Below are positions 48,778-59,356 of a DNA stretch of 64,000 nucleotides, piece by piece. The notes under the pieces are model-generated. The model searched no databases and was not told the DNA's origin. It saw only the letters and a list, made by a program, of their open reading frames with translations. A program made the position numbers and the translations under genes. Each line of letters starts with the position of its first letter. The first letter of the stretch is position 1. The DNA is from Bdellovibrio sp. Its GTDB lineage: Bacteria > Bdellovibrionota > Bdellovibrionia > Bdellovibrionales > Bdellovibrionaceae. The stretch lies in assembly GCA_036677065.1 (NCBI GenBank), contig JAKFBS010000001.1, positions 732,336 through 796,335 on the forward strand, given 5' to 3'.

Positions 48778-50732
48778 AATCGAAAATAATCACTCTGTTT
48801 ATTTTTATCTGCGTTCTTTGGTCGGCGTTAATATTTCGTGCGGCCTATTTACAGTTTGTTCCACACGAAAAATTAAATGCCCTTCAAGAAAAACAATTTC
48901 AAACAGTAGTTTCGCTTCCATCTCGCCGCGGCAGTATTGTTGATCGCAATGGTAAAGATTTAGCGATGTCGTCACCGACGTATTCAATTTACGCTGATCC
49001 TAAAATTATTGAAGACCGTAAAGCCACAGCAAAATTATTAGCTAAAGTTTTAAAAGAAAATTCAAATGTAGTTTACGCAAAAATTAAAGATAAATCTAAA
49101 CGTTTTGTCTGGATTGAAAGATTAGTTTCAGTTTCACAAGTTGAAGAAATTAAAACTTTTAAGATTCGCGGGTTAGGTTTTGTTGAAGAGTGGAAACGTG
49201 TTTATCCAAATGATCAGTTGTTGGCGACGACGTTAGGTTTTGTTGGTAAAGAAGGTCAGGGCTTAGAAGGCCTAGAACTTTTTTATGACGAACAATTAAA
49301 AGGCGAAAGCAAAAAAGTTTCTATGCGTAAAGATGCGCGTGGCCGCCCGTTAATTCAAGACGGAATGCTATTTACAGAAACTCCGCAAGGTAAAGAAATT
49401 AAATTAACGATTGATTCTGATTTACAGTACTTTGTTGAAACAGAATTAAAACAGGCGTTAATCAAACATGATGCCGAAGGTGCTTACGCTGTAGTGCTCG
49501 ATGCAAAAACTTCTGCAATTCGTGCTATTGCAAGTCTTCCGTCATTTGATTCAAACAATCCGGCGAAAGCAACACCAGGATTACGCCGTAATCGTTCAGT
49601 GACTGACACGTACGAGCCAGGATCAACTCTTAAAACTTTTGTCATTGCACAAGCTCTAGAAGAAAAAGTTTATCAGGCGAATTCTAAAATCTGGTGCGAA
49701 AATGGGGCATTTAGAATTGGTAAACGTGTTATCCGCGAGGCTGAAGCGAATCACTCGCAGGGATTAATTTCAGTGAGCGAAGTTTTGGCGTACTCTTCAA
49801 ATATTGGAACCAGTAAAATCGCTTTAAAATTAGGTGATGAAAAACTTCGTCAAGGTTTAATGAAATTCGGTTTCGGTCAAAAAGCCGGAACAGATCTTCC
49901 AGGTGAAGCTAAAGGAATTATCTTAGGGCTTCCGTGGCGCGATCACTTATTAGCCAACGTTTCTTTCGGCCAAGGCATGACCGCATCACCATTACAAATG
50001 GCCAATGCTTATGCGGCTATTGCCAATGGCGGAGTGTTAAATGCGCCTCATATCGTTGAATCAATCACTGATTTAGAGACGAACAAAACAACAACGACAG
50101 AAACAAAACAAATTCGCCGTGTAATTTCAGAAGAAACCGCTCAGCAGATGCGCTTAATGTTAGCCAGCGTAACTTCAGGAAGAGGTTCTGGAGTTTCTGC
50201 GCGCGTTGAAGGTTATATCGTAGGTGGTAAAACTGGAACTGCACAGAAGGTGAAATCAGAAGGTCGCGGTTATATTAAAGGCGGCTATATCGGAAGTTTT
50301 ACTGGATTTATTCCGGCAAATGACCCGCAATATGTGATTTATGTAGCTTTGGATTACCCGAAAAAAGGTTACTATGGCTCACAAGTTGCTGGTCCACTTT
50401 TTTCTAGTATCGCATCATATGCCGTTCGCCGCGAAGGTGTTGCTCCTGAAGTCTTAGGCGAGAAAAATATTTCGTCGGTTCCTGTAGCACAAAGCGAAAA
50501 GACTGAAAAAGAAGTAGAACAATTTGCGTATGCAGACTTAAATAATACGACAGCAACCCTTACGACAGTTCCTGATTTTAAAGACTTGTCAATTCGCGAG
50601 GTTTTGAAAAGAACCGCTAATCAAAATATCAAACTTAAAATGATTGGCCGCGGAAGAGTCGAACAAACTCAGCCTGCCGCAGGTGAAGCTTTTGGTGATG
50701 ATCGCACAATGACTCTAATACTTAAGGAGTAA
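48774..50732 (+). CDS. ftsI: Division transpeptidase PBP3 with PASTA domain
   Basis: RRGSIVDRNG, YEPGSTLK (SxxK), SSN, GKTGTAQK. Confidence 0.93.
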   Translation: MKSKIITLFIFICVLWSALIFRAAYLQFVPHEKLNALQEKQFQTVVSLPSRRGSIVDRNGKDLAMSSPTYSIYADPKIIEDRKATAKLLAKVLKENSNVVYAKIKDKSKRFVWIERLVSVSQVEEIKTFKIRGLGFVEEWKRVYPNDQLLATTLGFVGKEGQGLEGLELFYDEQLKGESKKVSMRKDARGRPLIQDGMLFTETPQGKEIKLTIDSDLQYFVETELKQALIKHDAEGAYAVVLDAKTSAIRAIASLPSFDSNNPAKATPGLRRNRSVTDTYEPGSTLKTFVIAQALEEKVYQANSKIWCENGAFRIGKRVIREAEANHSQGLISVSEVLAYSSNIGTSKIALKLGDEKLRQGLMKFGFGQKAGTDLPGEAKGIILGLPWRDHLLANVSFGQGMTASPLQMANAYAAIANGGVLNAPHIVESITDLETNKTTTTETKQIRRVISEETAQQMRLMLASVTSGRGSGVSARVEGYIVGGKTGTAQKVKSEGRGYIKGGYIGSFTGFIPANDPQYVIYVALDYPKKGYYGSQVAGPLFSSIASYAVRREGVAPEVLGEKNISSVPVAQSEKTEKEVEQFAYADLNNTTATLTTVPDFKDLSIREVLKRTANQNIKLKMIGRGRVEQTQPAAGEAFGDDRTMTLILKE

Positions 50733-50735
50733 CAG

Positions 50736-51470
50736 ATGAAAATTATCCTAGCTAGCTTATTGGCTTTTTCTTGTTCATTCGCAATGGCCGATACAATGCC
50801 AGCACTTATTAAAGTCGGAAGTTTTTCTGAAAAAAACATCGATCCTAATATCATGAATATCAATTTGCAAATCTGGGCAAAGGCGGCAACGGCTTCGCAA
50901 GCGCAAGAGATGTCTAATAAACATGTAAAACGTATTAAAGAATTAATCGAAAAATTCAAAGTTAAAAAAGAAGATGTGCAAACTGATTATTACAGCGTAA
51001 CTCCTGAATATGCTTACGAACACAAAACGGGGATCAGCCGTATTCAAGGTTACAGTGCGATGCACTCGATGACGGTTACATTTAAAAATTTAGATCTGGC
51101 TGGACAATTTATTGATCAAGCAGCTCGTGGTGATAAAAACGATAAAGAAAAATCTGGCGTAACTATTGGCAACATCGGTTGGGATTCAGATAAAAAAGGC
51201 GAAGCCGAAGCAGAATGTATTACTAAGGCGGTAAAACAGGCTCGTGGCCGTGCAGATGATCTGGCAAAAGCAGCCGGTGTTAAAATCAAAGGCGTATACA
51301 TGATTACGAATCAACAGGTTTACGCAAACTATGAATCAGCACCGATGGCTGGTGCTTCCCGTGCAAGTAAAATGGAGATGGCTGCAGATGTTGCAAGCCC
51401 TACAGAACTTAGCCCGGGTAAAATTAAAATCCGCGCTGATGTCAGCATCGATTATTTAATTCAGAATTAA
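50736..51470 (+). CDS. SIMPL (DUF541) domain periplasmic protein
   Basis: Signal peptide, VQTDYYSVTPEY, AVKQARGRADDLAKAAG, PGKIKIRADVSIDY. Confidence 0.88.
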   Translation: MKIILASLLAFSCSFAMADTMPALIKVGSFSEKNIDPNIMNINLQIWAKAATASQAQEMSNKHVKRIKELIEKFKVKKEDVQTDYYSVTPEYAYEHKTGISRIQGYSAMHSMTVTFKNLDLAGQFIDQAARGDKNDKEKSGVTIGNIGWDSDKKGEAEAECITKAVKQARGRADDLAKAAGVKIKGVYMITNQQVYANYESAPMAGASRASKMEMAADVASPTELSPGKIKIRADVSIDYLIQN

Positions 51471-51475
51471 CTCCG

Positions 51476-53047
51476 CTAGGCGGAGTGGGATGAGTTGTCG
51501 CCATAGACAATCTTTTGCAAACGGCGCACAGCTAAATCGGTTTGATTTACTTCGTGAGTTGCAATATCTGCTGTTTGCGAACATTCGGTAGCGCTTTTTG
51601 AGCTGACAGCTGCGCTAGCGTCGACTTTTTGCATGGCTGTATCGATTTCGCGAATTCCTATAGATTGTTCCTGTGCAGCTTCACTGATTTGACGTGTAAG
51701 GCCTGCAATGTGTTCAACTGTCGAAGACAGCTGTTCAAAAAGTGATACGCAGCTATTAGCAATTCGCTGCCCATTTACTGTTTTCTCGGCGCTTTGGCTG
51801 GTCATGTTTTTAACCGAAGATAAAGTCTGTGTAATGATTTCAGAAACCCGAGAATCACTTTGCTGTAAAATGCTTTCGATTTCGCGCGCTGCATTTCCGC
51901 TGGAAACAGCAAGGTTTGAAACTTCTTCGGCGACGACAGCAAAACCTTTTCCGGCCTCACCGGCACGAGCCGCTTCAACGCTGGCATTGAATGATAAAAG
52001 TTTAGTCTGAAAAACGATGTCATTGATTGCAGCTGTTTTTAATTTAATATCGTTCATGAGTATCACAATTTCGTTCAGGCCTTCGGTGTTTTCTTGGATC
52101 TGCTTTGTCAAATCAGTATTCGATTCTTTAATCGTCTCAAAAGCTCCCAGCATGTCTCGTAAGGCGTTTTTGCCGTCTAGTGACAGCTGTAAACCGGTTT
52201 CGACTAATTTAGTATTTTGTGATGCATTGTCAGAAGTTCTTGCGATCATTGATGTAATTTCAGATGTGGCGGCAACAGTTTGCGCAATGGCGGTAGCTTG
52301 TTCGTGTGATGCGGCACTCAGATTATTGCTAGATTCACGTAAGCGCTCAGACTGGTCTTTTACAGATTGCGAACTGTTCATCAAATTCGTTGAAATGTCG
52401 ACCAGATCCACGGTAATTTTTTTCGCTAAATACCACGCTAGGAATAATCCGCCAAAAACCAACGCCACACATAAAGTCATAGTGAATAGCTTTGATTTTT
52501 GCTGAACGGCTAGGGCTTCTTTGCTCCACAGTTCGCCTAGCGCCACGATAATATCATCTAATTCTAATAATGTTTTTTGATGAGTGTCGACTTTGCTATT
52601 CAAATCATTAATAACTTCAGTCGGTAGTCGTTTGGTTTTGTCTTTATCTAAATCAGCCAATAAGGTGCGGGCAATAGTCGCAACTTCATTCCAGTGCTTT
52701 TCTGTACGGTCATAAGTTGCCTTTTCGTCGCTTGTGCTAAAGCCACGGCTTGCATACTCTTTTGCAATTTCTTCGTACCGAGTGACAGCTTTATTTAAGC
52801 TAGCAATATTTTTATTGCGGTTTTTCTCATCCATGCCATCTAAATTTAAAACTAAAATTTCGGTATGGGTTTGACGACCACGATTTCTTAATCCAGATAG
52901 ATCGCCCAATTTAGGAACAATTTGTGAAATTAATAAATTATACTTTTCTGCGATGGTGTTGAATCCATAAATAGTAGCTGTAGAGCTGATTCCAATCCCG
53001 AATACTAAAACTAAAAAAGTTAATAACAGTCTGTGTTTTAACGACAT
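51476..53047 (-). CDS. Methyl-accepting chemotaxis protein
   Basis: Two TMs around a four-helix sensor domain, [30 protein letters not shown]. Confidence 0.95.
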   Translation of the reverse strand: MSLKHRLLLTFLVLVFGIGISSTATIYGFNTIAEKYNLLISQIVPKLGDLSGLRNRGRQTHTEILVLNLDGMDEKNRNKNIASLNKAVTRYEEIAKEYASRGFSTSDEKATYDRTEKHWNEVATIARTLLADLDKDKTKRLPTEVINDLNSKVDTHQKTLLELDDIIVALGELWSKEALAVQQKSKLFTMTLCVALVFGGLFLAWYLAKKITVDLVDISTNLMNSSQSVKDQSERLRESSNNLSAASHEQATAIAQTVAATSEITSMIARTSDNASQNTKLVETGLQLSLDGKNALRDMLGAFETIKESNTDLTKQIQENTEGLNEIVILMNDIKLKTAAINDIVFQTKLLSFNASVEAARAGEAGKGFAVVAEEVSNLAVSSGNAAREIESILQQSDSRVSEIITQTLSSVKNMTSQSAEKTVNGQRIANSCVSLFEQLSSTVEHIAGLTRQISEAAQEQSIGIREIDTAMQKVDASAAVSSKSATECSQTADIATHEVNQTDLAVRRLQKIVYGDNSSHSA

Positions 53048-53068
53048 AATTCCCTCGATGATGACAAT

Positions 53069-53096
53069 GTTTCGGAATTAGCTGTGTTGAAATTTA
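53069..53096 (-). promoter_or_regulatory. Sigma28-like promoter of the MCP gene
   Basis: Minus strand TAAA-N16-TCCGAAAC. Confidence 0.6.
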
Positions 53097-53161
53097 GTCG
53101 AAAGAATGGTCGCTTGAAAATCTGGACTCAATTATGAAGACATTGTTAAATGTTTATATAA

Positions 53162-53959
53162 TTAACTACTGGCGCTGGAATAAAAGCGCATGCAAAACTT
53201 CCAGTACCAATTCATAAAAGTTAAAAGTAAAATGGGCATGACAAGTGCCCAGGCGATAAACCCTAACTGTATAGGTTCTAATAAGAATCTTGTAGGAATC
53301 GACGCCACCATCGCAAATGGCAACACGAACAATAGAACATACCGTAAAAACCCTTTGTAAATTGCATCAGGGCGTAAACCTAAACGAAAAATACTATACC
53401 AAACATACTGTAAAAAATCGGCGCGCGAAAAAATAATCGCTGTCGAATTTAAAGCTAAACGACCAACAAAGATCACACTTAATCCTGAAGGGATTAATAA
53501 AAATAACCAAAATAGGCGATACCAACTAAAATCAGGAATCGCCTGCAGGGCCCAGATTAAGCCTGCACCGGTAAATACTAAACATGGTAAATGCGAAATC
53601 GAAACCTTTTGCGAACTGATCATAAACATCGAATTCACAGGTTTAGTTAACAATAAATCCAGATTTCCTTTTCTGACCTCATCGTTAAATTTAGAAAAAT
53701 TTGGATCCCATAAAATCATGTAAATTGAATCGACAAACAACGCTAAAAATACGAACACCCGCATTTGCTCCAGAGTCCAATCGCCAATGATGTTCGTGTG
53801 ACGATAAATAACTTCATATAATAAAAGCTGAGTGCCGTACCAAATACATTCCCCAGCGACTAATAAAAGAAAGTTTAAACGAAACTCGAGATCGGCCACT
53901 AAGCTTGCTTTAAAAAAGGCACGGTATAAACCTAAATATTTTAATAGGTTTTGCATCAT
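53162..53959 (-). CDS. ABC-2 type permease (DUF990-like)
   Basis: EFRLNF, GDWT, VRKGNLDLLLTKPVN, multiple TMs. Confidence 0.9.
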   Translation of the reverse strand: MMQNLLKYLGLYRAFFKASLVADLEFRLNFLLLVAGECIWYGTQLLLYEVIYRHTNIIGDWTLEQMRVFVFLALFVDSIYMILWDPNFSKFNDEVRKGNLDLLLTKPVNSMFMISSQKVSISHLPCLVFTGAGLIWALQAIPDFSWYRLFWLFLLIPSGLSVIFVGRLALNSTAIIFSRADFLQYVWYSIFRLGLRPDAIYKGFLRYVLLFVLPFAMVASIPTRFLLEPIQLGFIAWALVMPILLLTFMNWYWKFCMRFYSSASS

Positions 53960-54783
53960 TAGGCACCGGTCCCGGTGTAAGATTGTAAACCTTTACGCCA
54001 AAGAATAGCTCCAACGATGACCGCTACGACTATTGAAATCGTTACCGAGATAAAGCTTTGCAAAACTAAATCAGAACCTGCACGGCCTGTGATGTAAGCC
54101 ACCGGAGTATAAACACCGGCAGGAAAAGGCGACCATAATAAAATTTTAGCAATCGCTGGCGGCATTAAATCAATAGGCACAAGTTCTCCGGCCAGCAGCC
54201 ACAGTGTTAAGTTTTTTACTAAAGTCAGAGAACGAACGCGGGTCATATAAAAAGCAAAAGTTGAAATTACAAAACTCAACGTGTGCACTAAAAATAAATA
54301 ATAGAAAACTAATCCAATCGCCATCGGCAGGCGTGAATAATGAACCGGTAAATCGAAAAATAAAGATACGGCAAGGGGGGCAATCATTGAAATCAACGTG
54401 GTCGTTACTTTGTAACCCATTAATTGTGACAGGTAATATTCATAAAAACTAATTGGACGGGTAAGAATCACATTAATTGAACCGCTGGCGACCTCTTCGA
54501 CCATCATCGATTCGTACATCCAGCTGACGGCAATGCGGCCTAAAAATGGCGCCCATACGCCATACGCTAAATAATTATCACGGCCAAATCCACCGATTTG
54601 AACGGCGTTGGCGGTTTCAAAAATGGCAAACCACATTAATAGTTCAATCCCTACCGTAATTAACGGTTGGACGAACGCATCAATGAAAAAATTGAAGCGA
54701 TATTCTAAATTTGAAACGATAGCAAGCTCGCTAAATGCGAGATTCCTTCGCCAAAAAGCGATGAATAACTTCTTCAAAATCAA
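53959..54783 (-). CDS. ABC-2 type permease (DUF990-like)
   Basis: EYRFNF, IGGF, SGSINVILTRP, GELVPIDLMP. Confidence 0.9.
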   Translation of the reverse strand: MILKKLFIAFWRRNLAFSELAIVSNLEYRFNFFIDAFVQPLITVGIELLMWFAIFETANAVQIGGFGRDNYLAYGVWAPFLGRIAVSWMYESMMVEEVASGSINVILTRPISFYEYYLSQLMGYKVTTTLISMIAPLAVSLFFDLPVHYSRLPMAIGLVFYYLFLVHTLSFVISTFAFYMTRVRSLTLVKNLTLWLLAGELVPIDLMPPAIAKILLWSPFPAGVYTPVAYITGRAGSDLVLQSFISVTISIVVAVIVGAILWRKGLQSYTGTGA

Positions 54784-55669
54784 CCTCTTCGATTTTTAGA
54801 TTAACAACTTCGCCAGACTTTACCACTTCGTTCAGTTTTTCTGATAGTTCTGAGTCCTGAAAAATCAGCTCACGTTCCTGCAGGTCATTTTTATAACGAT
54901 AAATTAGTTTTTTACTGGTCTCTGTGGTTTGCGAAAAGCGCTTCACAGTGCCGTCATAAACCATTTCACCTTTAGAAATTAATAATAAACGATCAGCAAG
55001 CTGGGCAATATCATCCATATAGTGAGATGTTAAAATCACTACTGGCTTATAATCTCGAACATACGACGCTAAAAAATCCCGAATCGCACTTTGGGCGACG
55101 ATATCTAAACCAATGGTTGGTTCATCTAAGAATAAAACTCTTGGATTGTGCAGTAATGAACCGATGATTTCCATTTTCATACGTTCACCAAGGCTGAGGC
55201 GGCGTAACTGGGTATCAAGTACATGCTGGCAAGAAAGCATATCGGCTAAATCGCTGACGCGTTTTTTTGCGGTATCAACATCGATGTCATAAATTTTTGT
55301 TAATAACGAATAACTATCACGTGCAGAAATATCCCACCACAATTGATTTTTTTGTCCGAGTAACAAACTCATTTGACGTAAAAATTCAGTTTCACGCTTC
55401 CACGGTTCAAAACCTAAAACTTTCACCGAACCTTGTGTTGGATAAATAAGGCCTGATAAGATTTTTAATAAAGTTGTTTTGCCGGCACCGTTAGAGCCAA
55501 CAAGACCAACGATTTGACCGCCTTCGATTTCAAGGCTTACGTTTTTTAAAGCGGGCTTTGAGGTGTATTCGCGGTTCCAAAATCCCTTAATTGAATTTAA
55601 GACACCTTCTTTTTTTTGGTAGGTTTTATATTCGCGCCCTAAATTTTGCGTTTCGATAACAAAGCTCAT
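54731..55669 (-). CDS. ABC transporter ATP-binding protein
   Basis: GSNGAGKT, LSLGERMK, LFLDEPTIGLD, SH. Confidence 0.95.
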   Translation of the reverse strand: MSFVIETQNLGREYKTYQKKEGVLNSIKGFWNREYTSKPALKNVSLEIEGGQIVGLVGSNGAGKTTLLKILSGLIYPTQGSVKVLGFEPWKRETEFLRQMSLLLGQKNQLWWDISARDSYSLLTKIYDIDVDTAKKRVSDLADMLSCQHVLDTQLRRLSLGERMKMEIIGSLLHNPRVLFLDEPTIGLDIVAQSAIRDFLASYVRDYKPVVILTSHYMDDIAQLADRLLLISKGEMVYDGTVKRFSQTTETSKKLIYRYKNDLQERELIFQDSELSEKLNEVVKSGEVVNLKIEEVDFEEVIHRFLAKESRI

Positions 55670-56322
55670 ATTAATCCGTTAATGTATTGGCTAACGCCAC
55701 TTAAAACTTTTGGTGGAATTTCATGGCCACCAGAAAAGCTGACAAATTGAGTTTCTAAACCTTTTTGTTTGCAAAGGTTTAATAATTTTTGCGTGCCTTT
55801 AGCGGGCAGTACTTGATCATTTTCGCCGTGAGATAAAAAGATTTTAGCCCCTTTACGGTTTTCTAATTTCTGTGTCCACTCAGTCTGACGAATTAAACTT
55901 CCAGACATGCTAACTAAGCCCAATGGAGTTTCAGGTGCTTGTAAATAAATTTCAGTTGCCAACATTGCACCTTGAGAAAACCCACCCAAAATAATTTTAT
56001 TCCAAGGAATTTTTAGATCCGTAATCATTTTCATAATCGCTGGTACCAGGGCGTCCAGTGGTTCGGGAGTATAATCACTCCAGTCACTTGGAAGCGAACT
56101 TAAAGTTAATGGCCACCAAGCGCGACCTGTCCAGCCAGGACCAATCGGAACTTCAAATACACCATTTGGAAAACGGTAATTTACTGCACTTTTTAAATGA
56201 ATATAATCTTTTAAACTTTCAAGATCGTGGGCATCAGCGCCAAAGCCATGAAAGAAGATTATCCACGGACAGTCCGCAGCGTCAGTCGGGTGGTCAAAAT
56301 ACTGTATACGTTTGAAGTTCAT
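55666..56322 (-). CDS. Phospholipase/carboxylesterase (alpha/beta hydrolase)
   Basis: HGFGA, GGFSQG, HGENDQV, GGHEI. Confidence 0.9.
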   Translation of the reverse strand: MNFKRIQYFDHPTDAADCPWIIFFHGFGADAHDLESLKDYIHLKSAVNYRFPNGVFEVPIGPGWTGRAWWPLTLSSLPSDWSDYTPEPLDALVPAIMKMITDLKIPWNKIILGGFSQGAMLATEIYLQAPETPLGLVSMSGSLIRQTEWTQKLENRKGAKIFLSHGENDQVLPAKGTQKLLNLCKQKGLETQFVSFSGGHEIPPKVLSGVSQYINGLI

Positions 56323-56347
56323 AAGAAAGTATCCTATGCTTTTTGCA

Positions 56348-57841
56348 ATGAAACTGCAGCAGTTATTATCGATCGATACAGCACAGAATGTTAGAACAGA
56401 TCTAGAGCAAATCATGCAAACTGAAGTGAGCGGCCTTTATTTTGATGCTCGTCAAGTTCAACAAGGCTCTGTTTTCGTAGCTATTAAGGGTAATCAAACC
56501 GATGGCCACCAATATATTGGCGATGCGATAAAAGCTGGCGCGATTGCCGTCGTTGTTGAAGATGAAACTTTCGTGCCTAAGGATTATAACGGGTATGTAT
56601 ACCCCGTGCCAGACACGCGTCAGATGCTGGATTTGCTGGCAGCAAGATTTTATGATTACCCCTCGCAAAAACTTTTTTGTTTCGGTGTGACAGGTACAAA
56701 CGGAAAAACCTCAATCACTTATCTTCTTGAACATATTTTAAATGCTAAAAATAAAATCACCGGTGTGATCGGTACAGTCAATCACAGGGTCGGACATAAA
56801 ACTTGGGAAAACCAAGGCACAACGCCAGATCCCGTTACCTTGCAAAGTCGTCTGCATGATTTTGTTAAAGAAGGTGCAGTGGCTGCAGCTTTAGAAGTGA
56901 CATCGCATGCCCTGGACCAGCGCCGCGCTGACAGCGTGCATTTTAACACGGTGATCTTTACGAATTTAACTCATGATCATTTAGATTATCACAAAGATAT
57001 GAAGCATTATTTTGAATCAAAACAAAAGTTGTTCACTGATTTAATGTGGTCTTCGTTAAAACGCCCGTTATTTGCCGTGATTAATATCGATGATGAATAC
57101 GGCAGAAAATTAAAACTAGCAGAACCTGTATTAGGTTGGACGTACGGGCAACAAGAATCTGATTTTCAATTTAAAATTTTAAAAATGAATTTTGCCGAAA
57201 CTGAATTTGAATTAAAGACACCACTAGAAAGTTTAACGGTGAAAGTGCCGCTGACTGGTGTTCACACGATATACAATGTTGTTGCAAGCCTTGCTGCTGG
57301 GCTTACAAGTGGAATTACCTTAGAGCAAGGTATTAAAGCATTAATGGATTTTCAAGGTATTCCAGGCCGTTTACAAAAAGTGGTGCATGCTTCGGATAAA
57401 ATAGTTTTTATTGATTATGCTCATACACCGGATGCGCTTGAAAATTCGTTAAAATCTTTATTAAAAGTAAAAACTGACGCCAAACTTTCAAACCAAATCA
57501 TCACGGTATTTGGTTGTGGTGGTGATCGCGATAAAACAAAACGTCCAAAGATGGCTGAGATCGCTGCGCGTTTAAGTGATTACGTGTTTTTAACTTCAGA
57601 TAATCCGCGCAACGAAGACCCAAATGCAATTTTAGCAGACGCAGAACTGGGTTTTTCCCCAGGTTTTAAAAACTACACTAAAGAAGTTGATCGTGAAATC
57701 GCGATTCAGCAAGCGATCAACATGGCAAAAACTGGCGATGTGGTTCTGATCGCTGGCAAGGGTCACGAAGACTATCAAATCATCGGTACGACAAAAACTC
57801 ATTTCAGTGATTACGAAAAAGCTGAGAAATATTTAGGATAA
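56348..57841 (+). CDS. murE: UDP-MurNAc-L-Ala-D-Glu:meso-DAP ligase
   Basis: GVTGTNGKTS, DHLDYH, DYAHTPDAL, GCGGDRD, DNPR (DAP-specific motif), AGKGHE. Confidence 0.97.
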   Translation: MKLQQLLSIDTAQNVRTDLEQIMQTEVSGLYFDARQVQQGSVFVAIKGNQTDGHQYIGDAIKAGAIAVVVEDETFVPKDYNGYVYPVPDTRQMLDLLAARFYDYPSQKLFCFGVTGTNGKTSITYLLEHILNAKNKITGVIGTVNHRVGHKTWENQGTTPDPVTLQSRLHDFVKEGAVAAALEVTSHALDQRRADSVHFNTVIFTNLTHDHLDYHKDMKHYFESKQKLFTDLMWSSLKRPLFAVINIDDEYGRKLKLAEPVLGWTYGQQESDFQFKILKMNFAETEFELKTPLESLTVKVPLTGVHTIYNVVASLAAGLTSGITLEQGIKALMDFQGIPGRLQKVVHASDKIVFIDYAHTPDALENSLKSLLKVKTDAKLSNQIITVFGCGGDRDKTKRPKMAEIAARLSDYVFLTSDNPRNEDPNAILADAELGFSPGFKNYTKEVDREIAIQQAINMAKTGDVVLIAGKGHEDYQIIGTTKTHFSDYEKAEKYLG

Positions 57842-57843
57842 TT

Positions 57844-59262
57844 ATGGCGCCAACATGGACTCTTGAGCAAATTGCTCAATGGACAAACGGAAAAATTCTA
57901 TCAATGCATCAGACATCTTTTTCGGAAGTGGGTACCGATACCCGTAAAGATATGACGAAGCAGGTGTTCGTTGCTCTTAAGGGTGATAATTACGATGCTC
58001 ACGATTATCTGGATAAAGCTGTTGAAAAAGGCGCAGGATTACTTTTAGTTCACCGTTTAGATGCAAAATTTGAAAATCTAAAAGACAAAGTCAGTATCAT
58101 TCTGGTTGATGACACCCTTAAAGGGTTGCAAAATTTCAGTCACGGTTACCGCGGCACTTTGACGGCTAAAATTATTGGTATCACCGGCTCGAACGGTAAA
58201 ACCACAACTAAAGAATTTACCGCAGCTATTTTAAATCAATTTAAAAAAACTCATTTTAATCAAGGAAGTTTTAATAACCATTGGGGCGTGCCTTTGACAT
58301 TATTACAAATTCCTACAGATGCAGCTTTTGCTATTGTTGAAATGGGAATGAATCACGCCGGCGAAATCAGAGAGCTGGTGAAGATCGCAGACCCAGATGT
58401 GGTAGTTTGTACAATGGTCGGACGTGCCCACATGGAGTACTTTGGCACTCAGAAAAAAATCGCTGAAGCTAAAGCTGAAATTTACATGGATTCGCGTGAA
58501 GGCGCCATTCGTGTATTTAACCAAGATCAAGATTTAACTTTTGATATGATGTACCCGATTGCCAAGAAATATCCGGCAAGTCGTATGTTAAGTTTTTCTG
58601 AATTAAATAAAGATGCGGATGTGTTTTTTAAAATTGATGAAATTTCAGCAAGTGGTTTAAAAATTTCGGGCAATATCGCAGCCAACTGGGGATCAGCAAC
58701 AGTTCCTATTTTTGGTAAACACAATTTAACAAATTTATTAGCTGCAGCCAATTTAGCTTTCGCTGTGGGAATGCCTGCAGAAAAAATCTGGCAGGCTTTG
58801 CCGGCGTGTAAATCGACTTGGGGCAGAAATCAATTTGTTGAATCAGCTATCGGCGTGAAAATCTTATTTGATGGTTACAACGCCAATCCTGATAGCATGA
58901 AAGCCCTTTTAGAAAATATGTTACTTCTAAAAACCGAAGGGCAAAAAATCGGCGTCTTCGGGCAAATGAAAGAACTTGGTGCAGAAGCTCCAGAAATGCA
59001 TCGCGAGCTGGCGATTGCAGCTTCGATGAGCGGATATGATTTTATTTATTTCATCGGTGAAAACTTTCAGGATTTTGAAGCCGGTCTAAAACACACTGAT
59101 TTTAAAAACTATAAAGTGGATGCGGATTTAACTGAATCTATGGGCCAACATTTTGTGACCCACATTCGCTCAGGTGATTTGATCACCATCAAAGGCTCGC
59201 GTGGTGCTAAAACTGAACGCTTTGTTGAGTTGTGTGATCCAATTAACTGGGAAAAGAAGTAA
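57844..59262 (+). CDS. murF: UDP-MurNAc-tripeptide:D-Ala-D-Ala ligase
   Basis: ITGSNGKTTTKE, NNHWGVPLT, EMGMNHAGEI, DGYNANPDSM, KGSRG. Confidence 0.97.
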   Translation: MAPTWTLEQIAQWTNGKILSMHQTSFSEVGTDTRKDMTKQVFVALKGDNYDAHDYLDKAVEKGAGLLLVHRLDAKFENLKDKVSIILVDDTLKGLQNFSHGYRGTLTAKIIGITGSNGKTTTKEFTAAILNQFKKTHFNQGSFNNHWGVPLTLLQIPTDAAFAIVEMGMNHAGEIRELVKIADPDVVVCTMVGRAHMEYFGTQKKIAEAKAEIYMDSREGAIRVFNQDQDLTFDMMYPIAKKYPASRMLSFSELNKDADVFFKIDEISASGLKISGNIAANWGSATVPIFGKHNLTNLLAAANLAFAVGMPAEKIWQALPACKSTWGRNQFVESAIGVKILFDGYNANPDSMKALLENMLLLKTEGQKIGVFGQMKELGAEAPEMHRELAIAASMSGYDFIYFIGENFQDFEAGLKHTDFKNYKVDADLTESMGQHFVTHIRSGDLITIKGSRGAKTERFVELCDPINWEKK

Positions 59263-59356
59263 TCTAGACTAATCCTTAGTCTTAAAGACAAAACGGTTAT
59301 TTATTTTCGTAAACAAAAACGCCGATCCGAATGGGATAAAACCATGGAGTCGGCTC

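Noticed and set aside
50736..56322. Insertion within dcw considered as a mobile element or genomic island
   Set aside because: No integrase, transposase, att-like direct repeats or obvious compositional shift.
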